Positions 9,252 to 17,387 of a stretch of 64,000 nucleotides of DNA are shown here, in pieces (positions within the stretch are counted from its first letter, which is position 1; each line of letters begins with the position of its first letter). This DNA comes from an uncultured Verrucomicrobiae bacterium (lineage in GTDB: Bacteria; Verrucomicrobiota; Verrucomicrobiia; Palsa-1439). The notes below the pieces were generated by a model. The model was not told the origin of the DNA and searched no databases. It was given only the letters and a program-made list of their open reading frames with translations. The stretch lies in NCBI GenBank assembly GCA_963713705.1, contig CAVQMY010000006.1:38433-102432 (forward strand), given 5' to 3'. Position numbers and translations under genes: made by a program.

Positions 9252-10109
9252 ATGATGCCTAAGCGCACAACTGTAAGTCGTGTCCCATTTAGGACTGAAG
9301 CATTTGTTTCGATACTGCTGGTGGCGTTTCAGGCGTCGGCTCAAACACAGCCACCGAATATTCCGGCAACCGAGCTGGTGCGCCAAACGGTGGCGCATGA
9401 ACTGGCAGCGGCCAATGCGAGCGGCCACTATCGGTACCGGATTGACAAACAGACGCCGCACGGCTCGGAGACCCGCGACATGGTCGAGACGCGCAAATGG
9501 TTGATCGGCCGTCTGGTTCTCAAGAACGGTCAACCGCTTGCCCCCGCACAGAGACAAAGAGAAGATGAGCACTTGCGGGACCTGTTGACGAATCCTGCAC
9601 GTCTGGAGAAATTCCAAAACCAGTCGCACAAGGACGAAGCGCGCGTCCGCCGGATGATCAAGTTATTGCCGGAGGCATTCCTTTTTCAGTACGACGGCAC
9701 GGAAACGAACGCGTCCGGCCGCGAACTAATTCGGTTGAAATTCCGTCCCCACGCAAACCTGACCATGCGGTCGTTGGAACTGCGGGTATTGCAAGGGATG
9801 GAAGGGACGATGCTGATCGACCCTGTGGACGAGCGTCTGGCGCGGGTGGAAGCCGAATTGTTTCGCGATGTTGATTTTGGCTGGGGCATCTTCGGGCGTA
9901 TCCGTCGTGGAGGCAGTTTCTTGTTGGAACAGCAAGGTGTCGGGAGTGATCGGTGGGCCATCACTACATTGTCCATGCACTATAGCAGCCGGATCGTTCT
10001 GTTTGTGAATACCCGTACTGACTCCGTGAGCAAGGAGAGCAACTTCCAACGCATGTTGAACAATCTGACGCTACAACAGGGGCTGGAACTGTTACTGAAC
10101 CCGCGTTAG
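9252..10109 (+). CDS. hypothetical secreted protein
   Basis: 285-aa ORF with a signal-peptide-like start (FVSILLVAFQASAQT). Composition is ordinary and I recognise no motif. Confidence 0.5.
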   Translation: MMPKRTTVSRVPFRTEAFVSILLVAFQASAQTQPPNIPATELVRQTVAHELAAANASGHYRYRIDKQTPHGSETRDMVETRKWLIGRLVLKNGQPLAPAQRQREDEHLRDLLTNPARLEKFQNQSHKDEARVRRMIKLLPEAFLFQYDGTETNASGRELIRLKFRPHANLTMRSLELRVLQGMEGTMLIDPVDERLARVEAELFRDVDFGWGIFGRIRRGGSFLLEQQGVGSDRWAITTLSMHYSSRIVLFVNTRTDSVSKESNFQRMLNNLTLQQGLELLLNPR

Positions 10110-10232
10110 GACAATGGGCCGGAGTTCATCGTGCAAGCCGTCTCATCATGGCTGCGTTCTCGCCGCCCCTGTTCTACTAGCGCGCGTCGATCGGGGGCGG
10201 AGGAGCGGGTTCGACGAGGATGGGTCGTATCC

Positions 10233-10250
10233 ATGGGGTGAATACCCCAT
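10233..10250. promoter_or_regulatory. palindrome ATGGGGTG-AA-TACCCCAT (copy 3 of 3, one mismatch)
   Basis: Read directly. About 70 bp upstream of the DUF3300 ATG at 10318. Confidence 0.35.
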
Positions 10251-10317
10251 ACCGCGCCCTCAGCCGGCCGGGTATTCTTTTACCACAACGTCTAAAAAAA
10301 TATTTACCCGGAGATTC

Positions 10318-11498
10318 ATGAATATGAACATTTGCGGACGTGGCGCAGGGTTCGCAAGGGCTCGAATGGATGAGCGGAGATTGTTTTGCCTGTTGTCATT
10401 GGCTCTGCTGTTTGCTGCTTGGCCTCAGAACCTGTGGGCCGATCAAGTGGCCCAAGCCCCGGCGCAGGCCACGCAGGCGCCACCACACGCGCAACAGACT
10501 CCCGAGCAGTTGCAGCGGGTGGTAGCCCCGATTGCGCTGTATCCGGATTCGCTGGTGGCGCAGATCCTGGCGGCATCCACGTTCCCCGAGCAAGTCGTCG
10601 AGGCTGATCGATGGGTACAAGCCAATCCTGGTTTGAAGGGCGATGCGTTGGGCCAAGCTGTGGATAAACAGCCTTGGGACCCAAGCGTCAAGGCGCTCGC
10701 GGCGTTCCCATCCGTCCTTGGGAATATGGACAAGAACCTCTCCTGGATGTCGTCTCTAGGCGACGCCTACTACAATCAACAACAGGACGTGATGGATGCC
10801 ATTCAGGTCATGCGCCAAAAGGCGGAACAAGCCGGCAACCTGAAGAGCACGCCGCAGCAAGTGGTGACCACGCAAGGCTCATCGATCAGCGTTGAGCCTG
10901 CCAGCCCGGATGTCGTTTACGTTCCGGCCTACGACCCATGGATGGTTTACGGATCCTCCATCGACCCGTGGCCTTATTGGTACCAGTATCCCGGAATTTG
11001 GTTTGGCGGCCCGTACCTCTCGTTCGGTGTCGGCTTCGGAATCGGTTGGGGGGAGGTTTTGGGTGGGGCTGGGGGAATTGGGGATTCGATTGGCATAACC
11101 ATTACGCAACTTATGCCCACAACAGGTACTACTCCCGGAGCAATACGTTTTACAACCGAAACAATTACTATCGAGGAGGAGGTGAGCGTGGCGTTGCTTC
11201 CATCGTGCGTGGCGGAGGATCTCGCGCCGGCGGTGCTGTTTACAACCGCCCGGGCGGAACCACCCAGCCCTTCCACGGAGATACCCGGGCTGCTCGAGGA
11301 TACGCTGAACCCCGCGGTCAGAGCGGCGTCCGCTCGAGTGCCTTCAGCGGCTACGACCATGGCGGACAGGAAAGGAGCTTTTCGTCACGCGGAGGCGCCA
11401 GCTTGGGTGGAGGCGGAGGGTCCCATGAGGGCGGTGGCGGAGGGTTTCACGGCGGGGGAGGCGGAGGGTCTCACGGAGGCGGAGGCGGGCATCGGTAA
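10318..11498 (+). pseudogene. DUF3300 domain protein, frameshifted as sequenced
   Basis: The N-part (frame of ORF 10114) has the DUF3300 core LQRVVAPIALYPDSLVAQILAASTFPEQVVEADRWV ... WDPSVKALAAFPSVL. The typical Gly/Trp-rich tail (GGGFGWGWGNWGFDWHNHY ... GGGGGSHGGGGGHR) continues in the frame of ORF 10938 and ends at 11498. The switch falls at a G6 run (11048-11053). Confidence 0.7.
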
Positions 11499-11556
11499 TC
11501 GACAGTTTCGTTATGTTTCTGTTAGATCATGGAATTTAGAAATGGAGAGAAGTCAT

Positions 11557-12543
11557 ATGCGGCGAACCAAGTTGACCTTCGACAAATTTCATTGCGCCAG
11601 TCTTTCTATGGTAGCAGCGGTTGCCATCCTTTTGACGGGGTGCTGTTCCACCCGTCCCAGTCCCATGGCGCAGCAACCGGGCCAGAAAACGTTTTCATCT
11701 GCGGATGAGGCGGTCAACGCACTCGTCACGGCTGCGCAGAGTAACGACGAGAAGGCGATGCTCGACATCCTCGGACCAGACGGAAGGCAAATCGTCTCAT
11801 CGGGAGACGAAACCGAGGACGCTCAGAGCCGCGCTGATTTCGTGCAGCGATATCAGGAAATGCACCGTTTAGTGGAAGAACCGGATGGGACCACCACTTT
11901 ATATATCGGGGCGAAGAATTGGCCCACGCCCATACCGCTCGTGAACGAGGGTAACTCCTGGTATTTCGACACCGAGGCGGGCAAGAGGGAAATTTTGTAC
12001 AGGCGAATTGGCCGGAATGAAATATCGACTATCCGCGTTTGCCGGGAACTCGTGGCGGCGGAAAAGGAATACTACCCCATACAGCACAATGAGTACGCCC
12101 AGACAATCTTCAGTGATGAAGGGCAGCACAATGGCCTGTATTGGAAAGCTGCCGATGGCGAACCCCAGAGCCCCATCGGGCCGCTGGTGGCATCGGCCTT
12201 TGAGGGCTATGCCAAGAGCGGAGACGGCGCTCCGACTCCTTACCGCGGTTACTATTACCAGATCTTAACGCGTCAGGGGGAAAATGGCCCAGGCGGCGCG
12301 AAAAGTTACATCGTAAACGGCAAAATGACCGAGGGGTTCGCGTTCGTGGCCTATCCGGCGGAATACAAGTCGTCCGGCGTGATGACCTTCATCGTTAACG
12401 AGGATGGAGTGGTGTACCAGAAGGATCTCGGCAAGAAGACCGATGTTCTCGCCAAAGCCATGAAGGAATACAACCCCGATTCCAGTTGGCAAAAGGTTGA
12501 AGAGCAGCAGGCGGAGACTGCTGGCGAGCAGAAAACCAAGTAA
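11557..12543 (+). CDS. DUF2950 family protein (usual partner of DUF3300)
   Basis: Lipoprotein-like start (AILLTGCCS), then FSSADEAVNALVTAAQSNDEKAMLDILGPDG ... LYIGAKNWPTPIPLV ... NGLYW ... GFAFVAYPAEYKSSGVMTFIVNEDGVVYQKDLG. An alternative ATG lies at 11542. Confidence 0.75.
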   Translation: MRRTKLTFDKFHCASLSMVAAVAILLTGCCSTRPSPMAQQPGQKTFSSADEAVNALVTAAQSNDEKAMLDILGPDGRQIVSSGDETEDAQSRADFVQRYQEMHRLVEEPDGTTTLYIGAKNWPTPIPLVNEGNSWYFDTEAGKREILYRRIGRNEISTIRVCRELVAAEKEYYPIQHNEYAQTIFSDEGQHNGLYWKAADGEPQSPIGPLVASAFEGYAKSGDGAPTPYRGYYYQILTRQGENGPGGAKSYIVNGKMTEGFAFVAYPAEYKSSGVMTFIVNEDGVVYQKDLGKKTDVLAKAMKEYNPDSSWQKVEEQQAETAGEQKTK

Positions 12544-12737
12544 AAGGCATTCTGTCGCTGGCGCAAGGGGCGCGGTGCATGGGGCCTACATGATTTCGGG
12601 CAGTCCGTTCCAGATAACGTCAGTCTGTTCAGCGAGAGTACGTAGGGTATATGGTTCTTCAATCGGGCTTGGCTGACCATATGCGGCGATGCGGAAGCGC
12701 AAATGAACTGTAGCCAAGCCATGGCGGAGGTAAACGT

Positions 12738-12842
12738 ATGGAAACAAATACAAAGAAACAACCATCCCGAGCAACCTATCTTGCGATCCTCGTGGTATTT
12801 GCCGTGCTGATTTTATGGGCGTTCTTGAAATTGGCAAGGTAG
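12738..12842 (+). CDS. possible 34-aa single-TM peptide (METNTKKQPSRATYLAILVVFAVLILWAFLKLAR)
   Basis: My own translation; the ORF is below the track's size cut-off. GGAGG lies 8 nt upstream of the ATG. It has a basic N-terminus followed by one hydrophobic helix. It overlaps an antisense 118-aa ORF that has no Shine-Dalgarno sequence. Confidence 0.25.
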   Translation: METNTKKQPSRATYLAILVVFAVLILWAFLKLAR

Positions 12843-12968
12843 TCCTAACGAGCCGGTGCGACAAGACATCAATCGCCGCAGCTAGTGTGGTGTCACTGAA
12901 ATGCCTTTCCAATGTCCATCTGGTCAAAATGAAGCGATTCATTGTAACGAAGCGTTAGGGACAGCACA

Positions 12969-14436
12969 CTAGCAGCCCGTTAAAAAAGTCCGAGAAAGTC
13001 TCTTTGATTATTGAACCGTGAGGGCGAGTCCGCTACACGGAGACATGGCACTCGGCAAACGCAAGATTCAGCAATCGGAGTTGTTCATCCCGTCCAATCA
13101 ACTCGTGCAAGGACCCGGCCATCCGTTCTACGGCAAGCTCAATGAAGTTCTGGGTGAGGCGGATTTCGACCCGTTCGTCGAGAAGCTCTGCGCTCCTTAT
13201 TATAAAGACGGTGGCCGCCCCAGCATCCCGCCGGGCGTTTACTTTCGCATGGTGTTGATCGGTTACTTCGAGGGTTTGGACAGTCAACGCGGCATTGCGT
13301 GGCGTTGTGCGGACAGCCTGGCGTTGCGGGCCTTTCTGGGAGTGGCTCCCACCGCGACGACGCCGGTACACGCGTCGATGACCATGATCCGCCAGCGGCT
13401 GGACGAGAAGGTCTTCGACAACGTGTTTCGCTTCGTGCTGGGGCTGCTGGAACAGAAAGGTCTGTTGCGCGGTAAGACGCTGGCCATTGATGCCACGACG
13501 TTGGAAGCCAATGCGGCGATGAAGAGCATCGTGCGCAAGGACACGGCGGAGGACTGGAAGCAGTACTTGCGTCGGCTGGCGCAGGCCGAGGGGATCGAGG
13601 AACCGACCGAAGAAGACCTGCGTCGGCTGGATCGTGGACGTAAGGACAAGAAAGTTTCCAATGACCAGTGGCAAAGCCGCACCGACCCGGACAGTCGGAT
13701 TGCCAAGATGAAGGACGGGCGCACCCACCTGGCGTACAAAGCCGAGCATGCGGTGGACTTGGAGAGCGAGGCGATTGTGGCGCCGCTGGTGACGCACGCC
13801 GATCGCGCCGATGCCGACAGCGCGCCGCTGACGTTGACGCTGGCGCAAGCCAACTTGGTGCTGGCCAGCCCGCAGGCGGACCGCGCCCCTTCGGTGCGGG
13901 AGGCGGTGATGGACAAGGGCTATCACGATAATGGATTGCTCAGCGAGTGCGCGCAGCGAGGGGTACGGACCTACATTCCCGAACGCCGTCAAAAGAGTCG
14001 GTGCTGGACCAACAAGCCGGTGGAACATGAAGTGGCGTTTCGGGCCAATCGACGGCGGGTGCGCAGCGCGAAAGGTCGGCGGTTGAATCGGTGGCGCAGT
14101 GAACGCGCCGAGCGCAGTTTCGCCCACGTGTGCGAGACTGGCGGAGGACGACGGAGTTGGCTGCGCGGTCTGGTCAACGTCCGCAAAGCCTACACTCTGA
14201 AGTGCGCGGCTTATAACTTGGGGCTGCTGCTGCGCAAAGTGTGGGGCCTGAGCAAACCGCGCAGCTTGGCCGATAGGCTGCGGGCGCTTTGGGCCTTGCT
14301 CCATTGGTTGTGGGAGCAACTGGGCGGCTGCTTGACTCAACCGCTTGTCCTTGGGCTGCCCTCCACGCCGAGTGGCGGCTGCGATCCGCGGTTCACGCCA
14401 CTCGCGAAATCAGTGAGTTCTTTAACGGGCTGCTAG
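12969..14436 (+). mobile_element. intact IS5/IS1182-type insertion sequence (~1.47 kb)
   Basis: Perfect 16-bp terminal inverted repeats: CTAGCAGCCCGTTAAA (12969-12984) and TTTAACGGGCTGCTAG (14421-14436). They enclose a single transposase ORF. The outermost CTAG on each side could instead be a 4-bp target duplication. Confidence 0.8.
13045..14436 (+). CDS. IS5/IS1182-family DDE transposase (DUF772 N-domain)
   Basis: GRPSIPPGVYFRMVLIGYFEGLDSQRGIAWRCADSLALRAFLG (DUF772-type block), DKGYHDN, and C-terminal ERSFAHVCETGGGRRSWLRGLVNVRKAYTLKCAAYNLGLL. The stop codon TAG lies inside the right IR. Confidence 0.85.
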   Translation: MALGKRKIQQSELFIPSNQLVQGPGHPFYGKLNEVLGEADFDPFVEKLCAPYYKDGGRPSIPPGVYFRMVLIGYFEGLDSQRGIAWRCADSLALRAFLGVAPTATTPVHASMTMIRQRLDEKVFDNVFRFVLGLLEQKGLLRGKTLAIDATTLEANAAMKSIVRKDTAEDWKQYLRRLAQAEGIEEPTEEDLRRLDRGRKDKKVSNDQWQSRTDPDSRIAKMKDGRTHLAYKAEHAVDLESEAIVAPLVTHADRADADSAPLTLTLAQANLVLASPQADRAPSVREAVMDKGYHDNGLLSECAQRGVRTYIPERRQKSRCWTNKPVEHEVAFRANRRRVRSAKGRRLNRWRSERAERSFAHVCETGGGRRSWLRGLVNVRKAYTLKCAAYNLGLLLRKVWGLSKPRSLADRLRALWALLHWLWEQLGGCLTQPLVLGLPSTPSGGCDPRFTPLAKSVSSLTGC

Positions 14437-14443
14437 CCATGCT

Positions 14444-15667
14444 CTATGCCAAATTGCTCGTAATGGTATCAATGTCCATTCCGGAAACCCCTTTAGCATC
14501 AAAGTGCACGCGAGCCGAGTCCATGTGCGCCCAGTCCGGTCTTTTGACATCAACGATGAACACGGGCTTGCCTTCGTTGGAGAGGAAATATTTCTCAATG
14601 TGTTCGTTGATACGATTGTCGCCAAACCCATACCCGATCACGATTAACGCCTTCGATCGGGTCAGGTTGGTCTCGAGGTGATGGAGAATGACCGGGTAGT
14701 ACGGCCCGCGTCCATATTTACCAATCTTGTGTGTCGTTCCGGTCAGAAAGTCGGGGTAAAAATTGAAGGGATCGTCCACGTATTGAAGGACTCCGTCCGC
14801 CTGTAGCTCTTTATACAGGTGGATATGGGACATGCCCCACTTCAGTCGTATAAGTTCAGGCACGCCGTCCGCTTGGAACCAGTACCGGTCAACGCTTCCG
14901 TGTAATTTGTAGAGGCGGAACCGTGCATCGAATTTGTTTGTGAATCGGGAGAGCCTCACCATGTAATGCTCACCATCGCGGTCAAGCTCTCCGTAGAAGG
15001 GTGATCCGACTTCCTCGAATCCATCGTCCATCTTGCACTGAATACTGTCTGAGAACGCCAGTCGCTCTAGCCACAGGTCGTGATTGAGAGAATGGAAGTG
15101 GACATAATTGCTTTGAGCCAACCTTTCGGTAAGCAGTAGGAAATTCCCGTATTTTCGGTCGTAGGCCTTGGCCAAGTGAGAGCGCTCTGGCTTCTTTGTG
15201 AGCAAGCCGGCAATCAACTGGGAGAAAGTTTGATGAAATCTGCGCAGGAGGTGCTCGTCATCGCCGATGACTGCAGGATGTCTGGCCCTAAAACCACGAA
15301 AGAATGGGATAAGTTCATCAGGGCACCGATTGCCTTCCAGAGCTTGCCGGTAGTAGTCGTAAAACGTCTCGTAGTGGAATGGGTGAGACCCACCCAGAAT
15401 AGTGGACTGATAGAACTCCAGAAACTCTTGGACGAAATGTCTCTCTTCGGTACCCATCCATTCGGCGTTGGGGTCTTGCATTCCGTTCAAGAACCAAGCA
15501 TCGCCACTGCTGTGAACACATATCTCAGACTCGTTTATCTTTGCGAGCCGTTGATTGATCTGTGAAGTAGTTGGATAGCCCGCCGGGACGGAGAATCCAG
15601 AGCCAATTAGGAATGACACGTCTCCTTCGGCTGCGCTGCGCGGAGATTCAAGTTCAGGTGTGCTCAT
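14444..15667 (-). CDS. SIR2-like (SIR2_2/ThsA-type) domain protein, predicted NAD+-consuming effector
   Basis: 407 aa with motifs FLIGSGFSVPAGYPT (GAGxS..G.P), SLNHD (the usual TNYD position), YKLHGSV (catalytic-His block) and VIGYGFGDNRIN. It lies 39 nt downstream of the kinase gene on the same strand. GC is visibly lower than in the flanks. Confidence 0.75.
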   Translation of the reverse strand: MSTPELESPRSAAEGDVSFLIGSGFSVPAGYPTTSQINQRLAKINESEICVHSSGDAWFLNGMQDPNAEWMGTEERHFVQEFLEFYQSTILGGSHPFHYETFYDYYRQALEGNRCPDELIPFFRGFRARHPAVIGDDEHLLRRFHQTFSQLIAGLLTKKPERSHLAKAYDRKYGNFLLLTERLAQSNYVHFHSLNHDLWLERLAFSDSIQCKMDDGFEEVGSPFYGELDRDGEHYMVRLSRFTNKFDARFRLYKLHGSVDRYWFQADGVPELIRLKWGMSHIHLYKELQADGVLQYVDDPFNFYPDFLTGTTHKIGKYGRGPYYPVILHHLETNLTRSKALIVIGYGFGDNRINEHIEKYFLSNEGKPVFIVDVKRPDWAHMDSARVHFDAKGVSGMDIDTITSNLA

Positions 15668-15706
15668 GACTCACAGCGGTCCGCCTCAGAGCTGTGACCT
15701 CACCCT

Positions 15707-17065
15707 TCAAGGTGCTGGCGATTCGAGCGCCTGAGACTGCAGCCATTCCATACCCTCCACAATCGCTGCTTCAAAGTCCTGTTTCAAAACTTCCACGCTT
15801 GGTCCCTCCAGTCCTTCATACCAAAGTACCTCAACCCAATTGCCAACCGGTTTTAACCCGCTGTTCTGTCTCCACCTATAGAAGCAACGAAAAACAACGC
15901 ATTGCGAACCCTTGGCGCGCACATCGTAGAACATCCCAATCGTATCAGGATAGTTCGCGAGCGACATTTCTACGTTGAAGTGCACATTTATAGACTCGGT
16001 ACCCGAAGACGGCGCTTCAAAAGTAATGCCCGTCCTGCGCAAAGAAAAGGGATCGAGCCCCGCGCTGTACTTCTGGAGCACTCCGTTAAATGCCCGCTGC
16101 ATAGCCTGTGTCGCATCCCGGTAAGCAGCTAGCTGCGTCTTCCTGCCACGCTCCATGAGGATCTTCTGAGCCTGTCGAGCAAAACTCACCGGATCGCCCT
16201 TTGGAACAGGTGTCACCGGCTTACGCACCAACTCCAACCGCGCCACAAGTTCGTCGATGCTTTGAAAACGGTTGTCTATGGTCTGCGAAAAGCCCCGACT
16301 GAAAAATGCCTCCAAGTGTGGCAACACTGGGCTCCCGCTCAATTTTTCCGCAATCGACCTGCCAGCGCGTCGGTGTGGACCCTTGCCCGCCGAATCTACA
16401 AGGTCAACTGGCGGTTCGCCAACAATGCAATAATACAGAATTCCGCAAATCCCCGTTAGCTCCGACCGAGGGTCTCTTCTGTTTCCACCTGGCACACGAC
16501 GCTCGGGAAGACTGAGAAACCGATTATCCAATCTCTCGTCAGACCCTGTCAGGTTCTCTGCTTCGTTCGAATTAAACGACAAACCGTAGTCGACAACTAC
16601 AACATCAGGCGGGGCGAGGGACCGCACAATTATGTTGTCAGGCTTCAAATCCCTCTGCAGGACATCCTCCACTAAAGCCTTTTTCGCGGTACGACAAAGT
16701 TCCTCTACAATGTCCAAGCTCGTGTCCAGAGGCAGGCCCTTCGCGCGATCCACAACAACTGCCAAGGTTTCCCCATCGATTCGCTCCATAACGAAGTACA
16801 GCGGCACGTCCAAAGGCTCGAATTTCTCAGTGTTGCCGTCAAACACTTCTGGCACTTTGCAGCCAGCGCTATGTAGCGTCCGAAGCGAGGTCACTTCCCT
16901 GTGCATCCGCCTGCGGGCTTCGGAGTCTGTTTGCTTCTTCAGAACCTTCATTACCCCCTTGCGGCCGCCGTCGATTGAAAGCACTAAAAAGGTCGTGCCC
17001 TGGCCTCCGCCCCCGAGCGGGCCCTCAATCTTCCACTTCTCTTCCCAAGGTCCTTCCATTGGCAC
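15707..17065 (-). CDS. Hanks-type Ser/Thr protein kinase with unassigned ~170-aa C-terminal domain
   Basis: G-loop GPLGGGGQGTTF, lysine in GVMKVLK, catalytic loop LQRDLKPDNIIV, VVDYGLSF (DFG position), SLPE (APE position). I do not recognise residues ~285-452. The track start is GTG 17065; an ATG at 17059 is preceded by AGGAC. Confidence 0.8.
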   Translation of the reverse strand: MPMEGPWEEKWKIEGPLGGGGQGTTFLVLSIDGGRKGVMKVLKKQTDSEARRRMHREVTSLRTLHSAGCKVPEVFDGNTEKFEPLDVPLYFVMERIDGETLAVVVDRAKGLPLDTSLDIVEELCRTAKKALVEDVLQRDLKPDNIIVRSLAPPDVVVVDYGLSFNSNEAENLTGSDERLDNRFLSLPERRVPGGNRRDPRSELTGICGILYYCIVGEPPVDLVDSAGKGPHRRAGRSIAEKLSGSPVLPHLEAFFSRGFSQTIDNRFQSIDELVARLELVRKPVTPVPKGDPVSFARQAQKILMERGRKTQLAAYRDATQAMQRAFNGVLQKYSAGLDPFSLRRTGITFEAPSSGTESINVHFNVEMSLANYPDTIGMFYDVRAKGSQCVVFRCFYRWRQNSGLKPVGNWVEVLWYEGLEGPSVEVLKQDFEAAIVEGMEWLQSQALESPAP

Positions 17066-17119
17066 GTCCTAGAGCCCCCATTCTGGCGGTGTAGAACGTC
17101 CGCGTCAAGAATGACACGG

Positions 17120-17166
17120 GGTCAGTTCCATTCATTCTGCGATTGCCGATGCACCCACCGCCTCAC
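17120..17166. repeat. 47-bp imperfect direct repeat, copy A
   Basis: GGTCAGTTCCATTCAT... matches 17388-17434 at 39 of 47 positions (hand-aligned). The first 16 nt are identical. Confidence 0.7.
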
Positions 17167-17332
17167 CATTCACGGACCAGACGTCCCCACGCGTGGCCTT
17201 GTCCGCCTCTGGCGAGGTTTGCCCGATTCGGCCTCTCAACGAATCGGGTAAAGATCTCCCCCGCCGTTCTCTGCGCCCTCTGTGTCTTTTACCCCGAATT
17301 CTTTTCGGGGCTGCGTGAGACAGTCGTTTCCT

Positions 17333-17359
17333 CTTCGTGTCCTTCGTGCCCTTCGTGGT
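17333..17359. repeat. 9-bp tandem repeat x3 (CTTCGTGTC CTTCGTGCC CTTCGTGGT)
   Basis: Read directly. Intergenic, next to the hairpin CCCCGAA-TTCTT-TTCGGGG (17292-17310). Confidence 0.7.
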
Positions 17360-17387
17360 GAGAACAATTAGACGGTGAACGACCCGC

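Noticed and set aside
10114-12543. Single 809-aa DUF3300-DUF2950 fusion protein
   Set aside because: The connecting segment is nonsense. The genuine DUF3300 tail is in another frame with its own stop at 11498, and DUF2950 has its own start and lipoprotein signal.
12586-12942. 118-aa minus-strand ORF as a possible third gene of the kinase-SIR2 operon separated by the IS insertion
   Set aside because: The idea is attractive because without the IS it would start about 30 bp after the SIR2 stop. It has no ribosome-binding site and an odd composition, and it overlaps a better-supported small plus-strand ORF. I kept it only as a possibility to test on an empty-site relative.
13033-14340. 435-aa minus-strand ORF inside the IS element
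   Set aside because: It is antisense to a recognisable DDE transposase and has Arg/Gln/Pro-rich low-complexity composition.
14444-17065. Kinase-SIR2 pair as a known Thoeris, DSR or SIR2-HerA system
   Set aside because: There is no TIR (ThsB), HerA or Argonaute gene within reach. DSR1/DSR2 are single proteins of more than 1000 aa, whereas this SIR2 protein is 407 aa with a separate kinase partner.
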